Positions 11,658-23,900 of a stretch of 64,000 bases of DNA are shown piece by piece (within the stretch, counting starts at the first letter, position 1; each line of letters opens with the position of its first letter). The DNA comes from Phyllosticta citribraziliensis (Eukaryota), in NCBI RefSeq assembly GCF_038025025.1, contig NW_027117342.1, forward strand, positions 434,001 to 498,000. The letters are read 5' to 3'. The notes under the pieces are model-generated. The model was not told the origin of the DNA. It worked only from the letters and a program-made list of their open reading frames with translations, and made no database searches. The translations under genes and the position numbers were made by a program.

Positions 11658-12061
11658 GTTGGGCGCGAGAATGCAAAGGAGCGTCGATTGAAAGAGCGAA
11701 TTGAGGGGTGGAGAGGGTGGATAAAAGGCGTCGAGGCGGTCCCTGTCCGTCGGGGGATTTATAAATTGTTGTCGACGGGATGGCGTTGAGTCGCGGTTAT
11801 GCAGGCCAGCGGCCAGCCAGGCCGGGCCAGGGTCCAGAGCGGGAAGACAGCCCCGCCTCCGAGAGCCACAGCTGCCAAGCCCCTACAACGCTTTTATAAG
11901 TCAAGCTTTATTCAAGCACATCAAAACTCATGTATAGCTCTAATTGTTCGTTCCTACTGTGAGCAACGGACCCGCGTTGACTCGGTGTCCGACGACAATC
12001 CCTGTTGATCCACCCTGATCCGCTACCACGTCTCATCAACGCCGAGGTATCTACGAAAACA

Positions 12062-15000
12062 TCACCACGCCCGCTTCTTCCCCTTTGCCTCCTTGGCTGG
12101 CGACAGAGCCGGAAACTCGTCAACCTCCTCATAACCCCCAGTAGCCACGCCATCATCTTCATCTCCATCTCCGTTATCCCTCCTGCTCTGCTCCTCCGCC
12201 AGACTCAATTGCAATGCAAACTCCAAATCCTCCGCCTCCTGATCGCGACTGGGTCCTGCGTCTGCCTCTGCCTCGACAGGAGAGCGCCTCGAAGAGCCTG
12301 CTCGAGGCGAAGATTTGCGAGTCTTGACTCTGATGGGGACGTCAAACGCGTCGACGTCGTCACGAGGCAGAGGCAACTCTGCGCTCGCCTCGCCAGCCTC
12401 CAACAGGCTCTGCCGAATCGCCTCGGCCAAATCATCATCCACATCCTCATCATTATGCATGGGCGGACTGCTGGACGGCGTGACGGTAGGAGCAGCCGAT
12501 GACACAGCGCTCGACTCCAGACTGCTGGCCTCGCTCCGTTTCCTCTTGGCCTCATCCGCCAAACTCTCTTCCGAAAGCAGAGCCGCGTACGCCAAAGCTT
12601 GCTCCTCGTCATCGATGAGATCAACGCCAAACCGACCAGCAAGACGCTCGGCCTCGCGCTCCCGTTGAATCTGCTCGCATTCCATCTCGTACTGCTCACG
12701 TTCCATGTAGCTCCTCAACTTGTTGCGGCCCGACGCCGAAAAGCCTCCGCCTCCATTGTGGCCGCGCTCGTGGTGCCGAAGCCTTCGCTTGCTGCTCTTG
12801 TACGCGTCGGCCGCGCTAGAGCTGTAGCTCCAGCAACGGAGATGATTGCCGAGCGAGACAACACCGCGGAGGACAGTGGGGTCGGGGTCGAGGCAAATGG
12901 CTCCGGCAGCATACATGTTGATGCCAACGCCGTGGGTCGAGGCTTGCGCCTGAGCCAGAATACGTCGAGCGCGGGACGAGAAGCGTGAATTGAGTGTCCT
13001 GATAGGAGACATGGTCGAGGCAAGCGGATCCCACGACTGGACGAGCCCATCACTGCCGCCGTGGACGAGGTACAGAGCAGTCATCCCGAGACAGGAAATC
13101 TCTGGCGAGTCTGTATAAATGACGCGGATCGGGTCGACTGTATTAACGCGTCCGGCAGACGGCCCCACCGGCGCACGCATGTCCCAAAGAAAGACACTTC
13201 CGCTCTTGGTGCCAGCCGCCACGAGACGAGCTCGCTGGCCCGGAACATCGGCAGGAGACGCAGGTTGGCTCTTGTCTGACAGAGGCGAAGCAAAGGGCGA
13301 CGACGCCGTCGAAGAGCCCGAAAATCCAAAGATGGGGTCCTCGGATAGAGTCATCGTTGCGTAGGTAGAAATGTCCAGAGTCGTCGCAGCTATCTCAATA
13401 TTCTTGGCGCCAGTAAAGACCAGTTTCGACGTGCGCCACTCCTCGATAGAAGCAGCTCGTTCGGGTGACGGGGCGTCAGACCGGACAGGATCTCCAAACA
13501 GCGAACCAGTCACTTGAGCAGCGTCCTTTTGCGGAAATGCAAGACGTTTGTTCGGGACTTTGAGACGAGTGTAGCGCGTGACAGCCGCCCGAGAGTCCTC
13601 ATCAAGCCCACACTGAATCACGACAACAGCTTCTCCCGCATCATTGCCATCATCGCCGGCAAAGTCGACTTCCAGCCTCCTTCTCATGTCCCAACCAAGA
13701 CAGGCATGGCGATAGTCCTTTGGCTGGAGGCGGAAGTAGGGTTCCATTTCCAGAGTCTCGGCTTTGACCTGTTCTTCACCAAGACACATGCCATCCCACG
13801 ACGACCTGGGCGAATAGCTGGGGTCCGCCGTCTTGGGGTCGCGGTACGGATTGGGCCGAGCGACGCGTCTGCTGGGCTCGACGAGATTCCAAAAGACGGT
13901 GCGGCCGATAGCCCAAGACATGCGCTCCAACGTGGCATCATCCAGGCCGCGAGGAAGCGACCCGGGCGTTTTGGGCAATTTGGACAGGTAAAAGACCTCG
14001 CCCAAAGCGTTGAGAGCAGTGCACCAAACGCGGCCTTGAGAGTAACGCTTGGACGAGTATGATTCGTCGACCGCAAGCGCGATGATGGGCACTCCGGGAC
14101 TGAGGACCCATCGCGCAGTGACTTGACCACGTCCAAACTGCGGCTCTTTCAGAGGATCGTCAGTGCCCAAGCTGTAGCTGCTGACGACTCCAGACGAGGA
14201 GCCGACGAGAATGCCAATCAAGCCGTCAGTCAGTGTCGGAATGGCAGGAGACTTGGCAATCCAGACGGAGCAAACAGCCTCGAGCGACGCAAACAGACGC
14301 GGGATTCCCAGCTCCGGCTCATTCAACTCCATGGGCAAGGACAGAAATCGTCCACGCATCTCCTTGGTAGAGCGATAGTGGATGGAGCCGCCGGGAAAGC
14401 CTTCTCCCAGCACCGATCCGTGAGGCTGGCTGACGTCCATGACATTGGGATTGCCGACGATGTTACCAGCGCCCAATCCCCACATGGATCCGGCATAGCG
14501 CTCGTAGAATTGCGGGAACAGGGGCAAGTCCGTCGAGCCCCATTTGCCCGTCTTGGCCTTAAGCGGGTCGCTAATCGAAGCACTCCCCAAATCATCGGCT
14601 CCGTGGATAAAGGCGGCAGTGCGTTGATTGAGGGCGGTGCCCCAGCTGGCGTGCAGGTGGTTGACGAGGGAATCGAGATTCGAGTCGTACATGGTGAAGG
14701 CCTGAGGCGACTGGACTTGAGCGCGCGGATTCGCCGGCAGAGCCATGGGCTTGCCTCGACTGAGCGATCGCAGCAGGCGAGTGCGCAGAATGTACTCGCT
14801 CCGCCAGGACGCCAGAGCCGTGAGCCGGGCAAAGGCGCGGCGCTCGGTGCGCACGTCATCTTCATCGTCCCCCAAGGAGTCTGCCGTGTGGACGAGCGAC
14901 TGGGCGCCGAGGAAGAAGCGCGCAAACGCGCTCCGCCACGCGTGCGGCGTCGTGACCAGCGCGTGGAAGCGATGGCACACGAGCGACACGGCCGACAGGT

Positions 15001-15436
15001 CGGTCGGCGACAGATGCGATATGGCGTGCGTCAGGATCTCTACAGCAGGGTCAGCCTTGCGTCAGTCGCTCACAAACGCGAGCAACCCACCATTCGGAAG
15101 CTTCGTGATGGCACAGTTGTTGTCGCCAGACTTGGGGCTCGTCTTGATGACTTCAAAGAGCGGGCCGGAAGCTCGCCTCTGAGGCGTCGTCGCCAGGGCG
15201 TTTGCGTACTCGTCGATTCGGTTGCGTAGCGGCGGCGGCGGCGGCGGGCTGCGCTTCAATCGCGGGCTCTTGACTGCACCTGCGCCGGCATCGCCTCCCA
15301 CAGCGTCGCGAGAGCGCTGGGGAGTGAGCGGCTGGTCTGGCGCGTCGAGTCCATGCTGGGGCGAGGCGGGATCGATCTGGGGTTGGGTCGCGGGGGCGGG
15401 CACGTTTGGAGAGACGTCGGAGGGCGCTGGGTGCAT
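12062..15436 (-). CDS. F-box protein with WD40-like repeats and C-terminal UIMs (Pof10/Ufo1-like)
   Basis: F-box 'ITKLPNE/ILTHAISHLSPTDLSAVSLVCHRFHALV' across one intron; WD-like 'VFLWDMR', 'GGSDGLVQSWDP'; UIM-like 'EQALAYAALLSEES', 'DLAEAIRQSLLEA', 'DLEFALQLSLAEEQS'. Confidence 0.85.
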
Positions 15437-16270
15437 AAAAATTTCGCAAAGGGGAGTTGGAGCGGTGGTCGACTGAGCGGACACGTTTGCTCAGTCGTAT
15501 GGCGTTTGGGCGAGCGGTCGCGGTGGTTCGAAGGCCTGAGGTGTGGTTGATGGAGTTGGTCAGAGATTGTGACGTTGAGATGGATTGGGATGACTGCCGG
15601 CTCTTGGCGGGTCGGCTGTTTCGCTTGGCGGTCGACGTCCGGGGATTCGATGGTGATAGAACAAAAGACTGCATCAGGTAACGACTCGTATTGACTGGCT
15701 TGTAAAGACTGGGGTAGTGGATGATAGGGTGCAAGGTGTAGCTAGTTAATAGGAGCCGGTTTTACCCATCTGCTCAGTCACTTCCCAAAGCAGTAGTCTG
15801 TTACTGCCCCAACAATGGACTTTAAAGACAGCAAATTTGAGATTTGACTGGAATACTATCGACTTTTCATGTTGAGTGCCGCGATGAAATGGAGTGTTGC
15901 AGTTCAGAACGCTCTCGCTCATGATGCGTCATCGAGAATCAACCACTGTACAACATCCTTCTCACCAACAACGTCGTTCCAACCCACCGACCTTTTCACA
16001 TCTTCAAGCAACCCAACATAATCGATTGACGATGCATATATCCACCAGACAGCCGACGGCCTGAACCGTTACACATCCACATCTCATTCGCGCCGTCCCG
16101 TTGTCGGATCCGAAGTCGGCCACAACAGTAGAGATTGCGCGGGCCCGTCCGCCCGTCATCCCATCATCCACATGATGCAAACGAGTGTGCGTGGAGAGTC
16201 GCATGAATCGATCAAGTCATCTCGATTCCATTAATCAAAGCATACATACATCACCCACCACCAGCCAGCC

Positions 16271-16274
<4 letters not shown>

Positions 16275-16305
<31 letters not shown>
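16275..16305. repeat. Poly(A) homopolymer, 31 nt
   Basis: Direct count of consecutive A. Confidence 0.95.
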
Positions 16306-16307
<2 letters not shown>

Positions 16308-16403
16308 AATAACCAAACATCAAATCAACAAGAATCAGGGGGGTATCATTAACGCAGCAAGCAAGCCTGCGTTTTGTTTAAAACTCTCTTCTCCCTCTCC
16401 AGC

Positions 16404-16808
16404 TCACTCCAATTCAATCCACGCCGCGCCGCCATGCCGCGGCCCATGGCGGAAGAAGCCCTTCAGCGACGCCGAAACGCCGCGGCGATGCGCTTGCACG
16501 TGGCCGCGGCCATAGCCGTTCGTTTCTCCCCGCGACGCGTCGACGTCTTTTCGCTGCTGCTCTTGCAAGTGATGATGATGATGATGATGATCCTGCTGGT
16601 TCCGGGTGCCGAGGTTGCCATATTGTTGCTGTTGGCGGTAGTGTTGCTGTGGTTGCCGTTGATGTTGGTACTGCTGCTGGTGCGGGAAACAACTCATATC
16701 CGGCACCAGTGCCACAGTGCGCGACAGGATCTCGGCGGCTGGCTGGCTGCCCGGTTGGAAGAAGCGGTCTTGGTGCAGGAGCCAGCACGAGGGGCTGGTG
16801 GTGCTCAT
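16404..16808 (-). CDS. Possible small orphan Q/H-rich protein (134 aa)
   Basis: ATG in good context (CAAAATGAG), upstream TATAAA (~17135-17140, minus strand) and pyrimidine-rich leader; low-complexity product with no recognisable domain. Confidence 0.35.
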   Translation of the reverse strand: MSTTSPSCWLLHQDRFFQPGSQPAAEILSRTVALVPDMSCFPHQQQYQHQRQPQQHYRQQQQYGNLGTRNQQDHHHHHHHLQEQQRKDVDASRGETNGYGRGHVQAHRRGVSASLKGFFRHGPRHGGAAWIELE

Positions 16809-16902
16809 TTTGGTTTGCCGGGTGTGTTTACGTTGTGACCGCGTCGATGATAGATGGAGTCCGAGGGAGGCAGACAGGAAGAGTGTAGGTAATGCCGAGC
16901 TA

Positions 16903-16925
16903 TGTGTGTGTGTGTGTGTGTGTGT
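16903..16925. repeat. (TG)n microsatellite
   Basis: About 11 TG units seen directly. Confidence 0.9.
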
Positions 16926-18206
16926 TTGCGCTGTTGTTTGACAGAGAGCCGGCCAATCTGGTCAAGAAGCGTACGTAGGCCGAGGGAGCCGTGTGATATA
17001 GTAGCAGGAAGAGGAGGAGGAGTAAGACGAGAGAGAGCCAAGAAGGCAGCGAGGAGACAGGCGGACGGACGAAGACAAGCAGCACGAAAGAAAGAAAGAA
17101 AAAACCCAAGAACAAAACCGACAGATCCCACAGCTTTATAAACCATCCCAAGCGATTAGACGGATACCTACCAGGTATGTACCCACCCGTTCTTATCCCT
17201 CATCAAGAATCAACAAGAAGCTAGCGGAGCGGAACCCACAGCTCGTCGTTTTCTCGTCCCAGAGTAGTCAGCCAGCCACATGTCCAGCCAATCGCGCCGC
17301 CTGCTTTTCCAATCAAGACGTGGTCCATGAGCGAATCGCAAGACCCGCGTTGTCAGCTGCGACGCGGTGATTGGGGAGCGAGGCAGTGAGTGAGTGACTG
17401 AGTGAGTGAGTTAGTGGGCTCGTGGATTGGCATTGCGCTTGCAAGCCTCCCTCCTCCCCATTATTCGCTTGCCTGCCTGCCCGTCCGTCCGTCCGTCCGT
17501 CCGTTCATTCGTCTGCGTCATCATCGGCATCATCATCTCCATGCGTACGGATAGCTCCGGCCCAGCACCAACACCATCACAGCAACGACCAGCAGTTGGT
17601 CGACAAAACCGCGCACCCGAAACCGGTTTGTTTTGAGCGACGAGTGCAGGTTCTCCGGCGGTCCGGTCCGAAACAGCGGGTAAGTGAGTGGGCGCGCTGG
17701 CTCGTCCAATGGCGACGCTGCTATACAGCTGTTGTTTTCTGTTCGGCTGGGCGGTCGTTGGTTGCTGCTGTTGACGAAGATAAGATGATCATGACTGATG
17801 AGAGATTTTTTCTTCTCTTCTTTTTCATCGGCTATCTTTGCTGTCTCTTTGCTCTTCTGGGTTTGATTGGCGTCTTTGACCGGTCTGTCTGGCTGTCGAA
17901 AACGACGATGGTGGCGGTGATCGAAATATCTACCTTACCTTAGCCCAGCACACATCCACGCGTCCGTCCGTCCGTCCAATGTGAGATGAGGTGAGACGAA
18001 AAAAAGTAGAGAAACACATGTGGCAAAAGACAAGCAAAGGAAAACAGATAAGAAAGAAAACGCAATAAGTAGGAGTGTAGGAGTGTAGGAGTGAAGTTCT
18101 CTCTGTTCTTTCTCGTAGTCTATTTGGGGATGTAGGTAGGGTATATCAACACAGTATGTACGCAGCGTCAAGGAAAAGGAAAGAGACTGGTAACAGCGTG
18201 CTCTGC

Positions 18207-19432
18207 TCACTGCGACTCCTCCTCCTCCTCCTCCAACTCCTTCTCCAGCTCTTCCAACAAGCTCACAACAGCCCGCACGCCCCTGAGCGCATTCTCATCC
18301 GGGCCCTCCCCCGGCGTCCACCTCGCATGCGCAAAATCGATAAGCTTGACGGTGACGAGCTTCGGCTCCTCCTCCTCATCATCGTCGTCCATCTGCTCAT
18401 CCACGTCCTGCCCGTCATCCACGCCGCCCTCGACGACGGCGCCGTCCTTGCCGACAAGCCGCATCTGGCCCTGCGCATCCACCTCGACCTCGACCTCGAC
18501 CTCGTCGTCGTCGTCCTCATTCCAGCCTTGCGGCCCCGTCGCCGTGCCGCTCTGCAGCGCATCGAGCTCGGCGCGCTCCTTCTCCGCCAGCTTGGCCGCC
18601 GCGGCGCGCGCCGCCGCCGGGTCGCCTTCGTACACGAACAGCAGGCTGGCCGAGTACATGCGCGACTCCTCGGCCTCGAGGGCGGCCTGCACGCCGCGGA
18701 CGTCGGCGACGAGGCGGCGGATGGTGTGGCGCGCGGCGGCGGGCGTGACGCCCGCGGACGGCACGAGCAGGTAGTCGCGGAAGCCCTGCTTGACATTGTC
18801 GGCGGCGAAGACGCGGCCGTACAGCTTGTTGAACGTCTTGTAGCCGGAGGCCGGGTCGAGCGACGCCAGCTCGCCTTCTTCTTTCTTGTCCACCCCGTCG
18901 CCCTGCCACACGCGCATGCCCGCGATCCGGAAGCCCAGGCTCGAGCTCGTCGTCTCGGCCGCCACCTTGTCGAGGCGCGCGCGCTTGGCTTCGGCCGTCC
19001 CGTCGTCCCACAGCCGCGCGCCGAGCTTGAGGTCTAGCACGTTGGGGCGCGCGAACCCGGCGGCGGCGTTTTCTAGCACGATGCTTGTGTCGGTGGCCAG
19101 CTTTTTGCCCTTGAGCGGGCCAGGATCGTTAGGTTGGAGTGAAGCAGCAGTTCCAGCCGTGTCCGCAGCCGTAGCCTCACCGCCCAACTTCAACGTGCCC
19201 ATAAACGTGGGCATATACCGCGCAAAGCGCGGATGGGCAGCAGCAGCCGACTCGTAAAAGGCGATTTCCTGCGGGGTGCAAGGTTTGATGACGAGGGCGC
19301 CGGTGGGGTCGGAGAGGACGCCATCGCTGTAGGTATTTTGTGAGTGAGAGGCTAGGAAGATTGGGGGAACAAGACGTACTGGCCCGCCGCCGCGTTTTCA
19401 AATGCCGTCAGCGTTGAGGGGTCGAGTGGCAT
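18207..19432 (-). CDS. IPK2: Inositol polyphosphate multikinase (Arg82/Ipk2), 2 exons
   Basis: 'AAAGHDGVL' across the intron, 'EIAFYE', IPK signature 'PNVLDLKLG', 'SLGFRIAGM', 'SASLLFVYEG', 'KLIDFAHA'. Confidence 0.92.
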
Positions 19433-20983
19433 CGTTGCGAATGTAGTCCGCGGGCTGGTAGGTAGGTAGGTGGTGCCTGGTAGCTTGTGTGCAGGTGCAC
19501 TGCTGGTGTGGAGACTGGGGAGTGGGAGCAGGCGAGAGCGAGCGAGCGAAGGAAGAAGCGCGGCGGTATGCAATGCAAGTGAGGTGGATGCCGTGCTGAG
19601 TGAGTGCCTGTCTGTGACTGTGACGTGTGGTGTTCGTGGTGAGTTGCTAAGGTACATGTAGCTCCCCGCAGACCCGAGGGACTGTCCCTGCTGGCCCGAG
19701 CCAGGGTCCGCTGCCGGGCGGGCAGCTCAGCTCAGCCCTACATATACCGTACCGTACCATACCGTACCCACGGCAGCTAAGAACCCGAGCGCGCTTCCTT
19801 CTTCCCCTGCGCTACATTGCGCTGCCATAGTCATTCAACAACAGCAGCACGCAGGGAAAAGCGCCAGTGAACGTGTGAGATGCATGATATGTTAGGTATT
19901 TCTACTCTCGAATCCTAGTCCACGGCAAGCCAAGCCCAACACGAAAACCTTTTGTCCTCAGCTCGCTCGCCATCGCATTCCCGCATTCCGCAGCATGCAC
20001 CACACCATCATCGCTGTCAATTTCCCCGACCATCTCCCTCGTGAGCAATCCTCCACGGCACAACGGCACGCACGCGCCGTCGATCCGTCCCATCCGCAAG
20101 ACGTCCATGTACGTACATACGCAGTGCGCCATTATTTTTAGACCGAAAAATCCCAAGGCGCGAGGGAAATAAGTACTCGACGTTATCAGTCACCCATGCA
20201 TGCTTGCTGTTCTTGCTCTTTTTCTCTTCGTTGCTCTCACGACTCACCATCACCACCATCACACCCAACGACGACCCGCACTGCACCGCACCGCACCGCA
20301 TCAGACGACCGGTTTCTTTCTTGGACATGTGTTCTTTGTTGGAATTACATGGTTGAATCGATGAATGGGGTACCTTATGCTTTCTCCGCGCTACGACACC
20401 GACAACGACAAACCCTATGAATAGCCATCCATCACGATGCTGCGCCACCACCTCCTCCACACACCACAGCCACAACAACAACAAAAGAGGAGGATGAATG
20501 ACAGATTAAAGAGTAAGAATTCGGGTATAAAAAACAACAGCAACAAGAATCGGGGTGCGTGTTTTTGTTTTCGGAGAGCGGGGCAGAGAAGAAAGGAAAA
20601 AGGGAAAAAAGGGGGGGGGGGGGAACTGCAAAGAGAATCCGTATGCATGCCATGCCATCCATGAGACTGCTGCCGACCGACCGACCGACCGACCGACCCC
20701 GACCGCATCGTGCTCTTGCTTCCTTTGAGAGAACCACCACCCCGTCTATATACATTATCCAACAAGACAAGACCTGCCGCCGCCGCCGCCGTTCTCCCTC
20801 CGACACACCATGCCTCCCTCCATCCGACAGACAGACAGGCCGCCATCCGTAACCTAAAGAAAACCCGTCACGAAGGAAAAAAAACTCCGAAAAACACCCT
20901 CGTTGACCAGAAGATACATCCAGTCAGTCAATCCGCGTCATGCACCATTCCATGTCCATGTGTCCATCCGCACACCATGGCGT

Positions 20984-23900
20984 CTAGGGCTTCGTGTCCT
21001 TCCTGTCGTCGTCATCGCCCGTCTCGATCTTGGGCTGCCCGCCAAACGGGCCCAGGCCAAACGCCGGCGTCGTGTCGGTGCTCTGGCTGGGCGGGTGCGT
21101 CAGCCGCTCCGGTTCCTTGACGATGACCGGGTCGTCCGCCCGCGTCGACGGGTGCAGGTCGATGCCGTCCTGCGCCTCGACGTCCGACTTTGACCGCACC
21201 CGCGCAAACGACACGTCATTGTCGCCGTCGCGCCGCTCGATCGGCGACCAGCCTGCGATGCTGCCGGCGACGATGCCGGCCATGGCCGCGGCCGGGCCAA
21301 AGGCTGAGTTGGAGCGCGAGCGACCTCGACTGCGCGTGCTGGGAGTGGGTGGTGCGGGAGAGCCGCCCTCGCCGTCGCTGCGCTCGTTTTGCGGCGTCTG
21401 GGGAAGAGAGTGGCTGCTTCGGGACAACGCAAAGGCCTCGCGGGGGTGCTGGAGCTTGAACTTGAGGGCGCTGAGACGGCCGCCGCGAATCTTCTTGATG
21501 AATGCCAACTCCTCGCGAATCTCGAGCAGGCCCTGGTTCCATTCGAATTCGTCCGAGATGATCAAGTCCGGCGTCGGCTTGCGCTTGAATCGCTCCGGAA
21601 TGCAGCGGTTGATCAACTCGTCGGGAATGCACCGGATGACGACGCCAATGGGAACGGAAATGGCCCCGAGTACTATCGAGTATGCCCACTGAGGTCCATT
21701 GAGGCGCACGACCGAAAAGGCGGCACCGCCAACGAAAATGATCATGGTCTGACCGCCAATCATGATGCAGTTGATGAGGATGAAAAAGTAGTTGCGGTGG
21801 AGGCCTTCGAAAATGTTGAACCGATTGTCCAGACGCCTGCTGTTCATCTGGTTGAAGATGGTCATCCAGACAAACGTGTTGAAGACGAGCGTGCCCATCT
21901 GGTCCTTTTCGCGCTGGCTCTCGTATCCCAGGATGCTCTCTCCGGCAAAGTAGAGGACGAATGTGACGACGAGCTGGTAAATGGCCTGCCCGATGATCAT
22001 CTTCCACATGGTGATGGTGATGAGCGGAGCCGACTTGGGATCGGGCTTGCGGTCCAACATGCTCGGGCTCGGAGGGTCGGTTGCGAGAGCCAGGGCAGCG
22101 AAGGTGTCCATGATGAGATTGACCCACAGCAGCTGCACGGCAGTGAGAACCGACGTCTGATCGGAGCTGGCCACGGCCGAGACAAAGGTCAGGATGACGG
22201 CAGTGATGTTGACGGTGACCTGGAACTGCAGGAACTTCTTGACGGCGTCGTTGACGGCACGACCCCACAGCAGGGCCTTGACAATCGAAGAAAAGTTGTC
22301 GTCCATGAGGATAATGGCCGAAGCCTCCTTGGCGACCTCGGTTCCAGCAATGCCCATGGAAAAACCAATGTCGGCCGTCTTGAGCGCAGGCGCGTCGTTG
22401 GTGCCGTCACCGGTGACTGCCACCGTCTCGCCAAGCTCCTTCAGCCGCTTGACCAGGATTCGCTTGTCCTCGGGACTCGAGCGGGCGAGAACGCAGAGCT
22501 TCGGAATGACTTGGTCCATCTGGCGCCTGCTGAGCTTGCGGAATTTGGGACCTTCCATGACTAGACCGCCGGCAACGAGAATGCCACAGTCCTCGGCAAT
22601 GGCCTTGGCCGTCAAGACATTGTCGCCAGTGACCATGCGGACAAAAACGCCAGCCCTTTGGCAGTCCTTGACGGCCTCGGGGACACCGTCGCGGAGGGGA
22701 TCCTGAATGCCGACGAGGCCGAGAAACGTCATGTTCTTGTTGACGTCGTCAAAGTTTGCCTGAGTGGTGTCGTCCTCGAGCTGCCGCGCGCCCTTGGGCG
22801 GCCACGACTCAAAGTCCTGGTACAAAAAGGCAATGGTGCGCAGAGAGCGCGAGGCGTAGGTTTCGATGAGGTGGGTAATGGTCTCGCGAATCTCGCTCGT
22901 CAGGGGGCGGACGGAGAGTTCCTTGGTAGCGTCCACAATGTCGGTAGCTTGTGCAAGCATAATCTCAGAGGCACCCTTGACGTAGACGCGGTATTTGCCG
23001 TTGTCGAGCTTGACCACGGCCCCCATGCACTTGCGGGCCGAGTCAAAAGGAAACAGCTGCACCACGTTGGCGTTGGAGCGCTCCGTGTTGACGGATCCCA
23101 TGCCCATGTGGTCGCGCGCAAAGCTGAGAAGAGCCGTCTCCGTCTTGGATCCTATAAAGGCGGGCTTGCCATCTTCGAAACCTTCAAAGGCGGTCGAGTT
23201 GACGACAATGGATTGCTCAAACAGTTGCTTGATTTCCGGACCGAGGTTGGACACGAATTCAGACGGAGTAACGTCGTCGCCCTGGTCTTCGGAACCGGTC
23301 TGGCTCTTGTCGACGGCAGCGGCTCGACGGTCGCCAAACCTAAAGGACGTACCCAACGAGCCGGCCACTACAGTCATTTTATTTTGCGTCAGAGTACCAG
23401 TCTTGTCGGAGCAGACGGTCGTGGCGTTGCCCATGGTCTCGCAAGAGCGCAGCAGCCGGACCAAGTTGTTGTCCTTGAGCATTCGAGTGGTGGCAAACGC
23501 CAGAGCGAGGGTGACGGCGAGAGGAAGACCTTCTGGGACAGCCACGACGATGACGGTGATGGCGACGATGAGAATGTCGAGGAACTTTTGGCCCTTTTGG
23601 GCTGGAGTCTCGTCGCTGCTCGAGAGCTTGACCAGGAATTCGATGAACAGCACAATGAACAAGAGCAAGGCAGAGCCGCCGCCGAGTTTGGCAATGTACT
23701 CGGCGAGGACGTTGAGCTTGGACTGGAGAGGAGTGACCTCGGCGTCCTCGCGCAGGGCCATCATCGTCTTGCCGTAGCTCGAGTGGATGCCCGTGTTGGT
23801 CACCAAAAAGGATCCCACACCTTCTGCAACCTTGGCTCCGGACAGAATGAAAGGGTCCATCTTCTTGCCGACTCGACCCTCCTCCATGGCCTGGTAGACG

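Noticed and set aside
16275..16305. Poly(A) run as a retroposon tail
   Set aside because: No adjacent SINE/LINE body or target-site duplication recognised.
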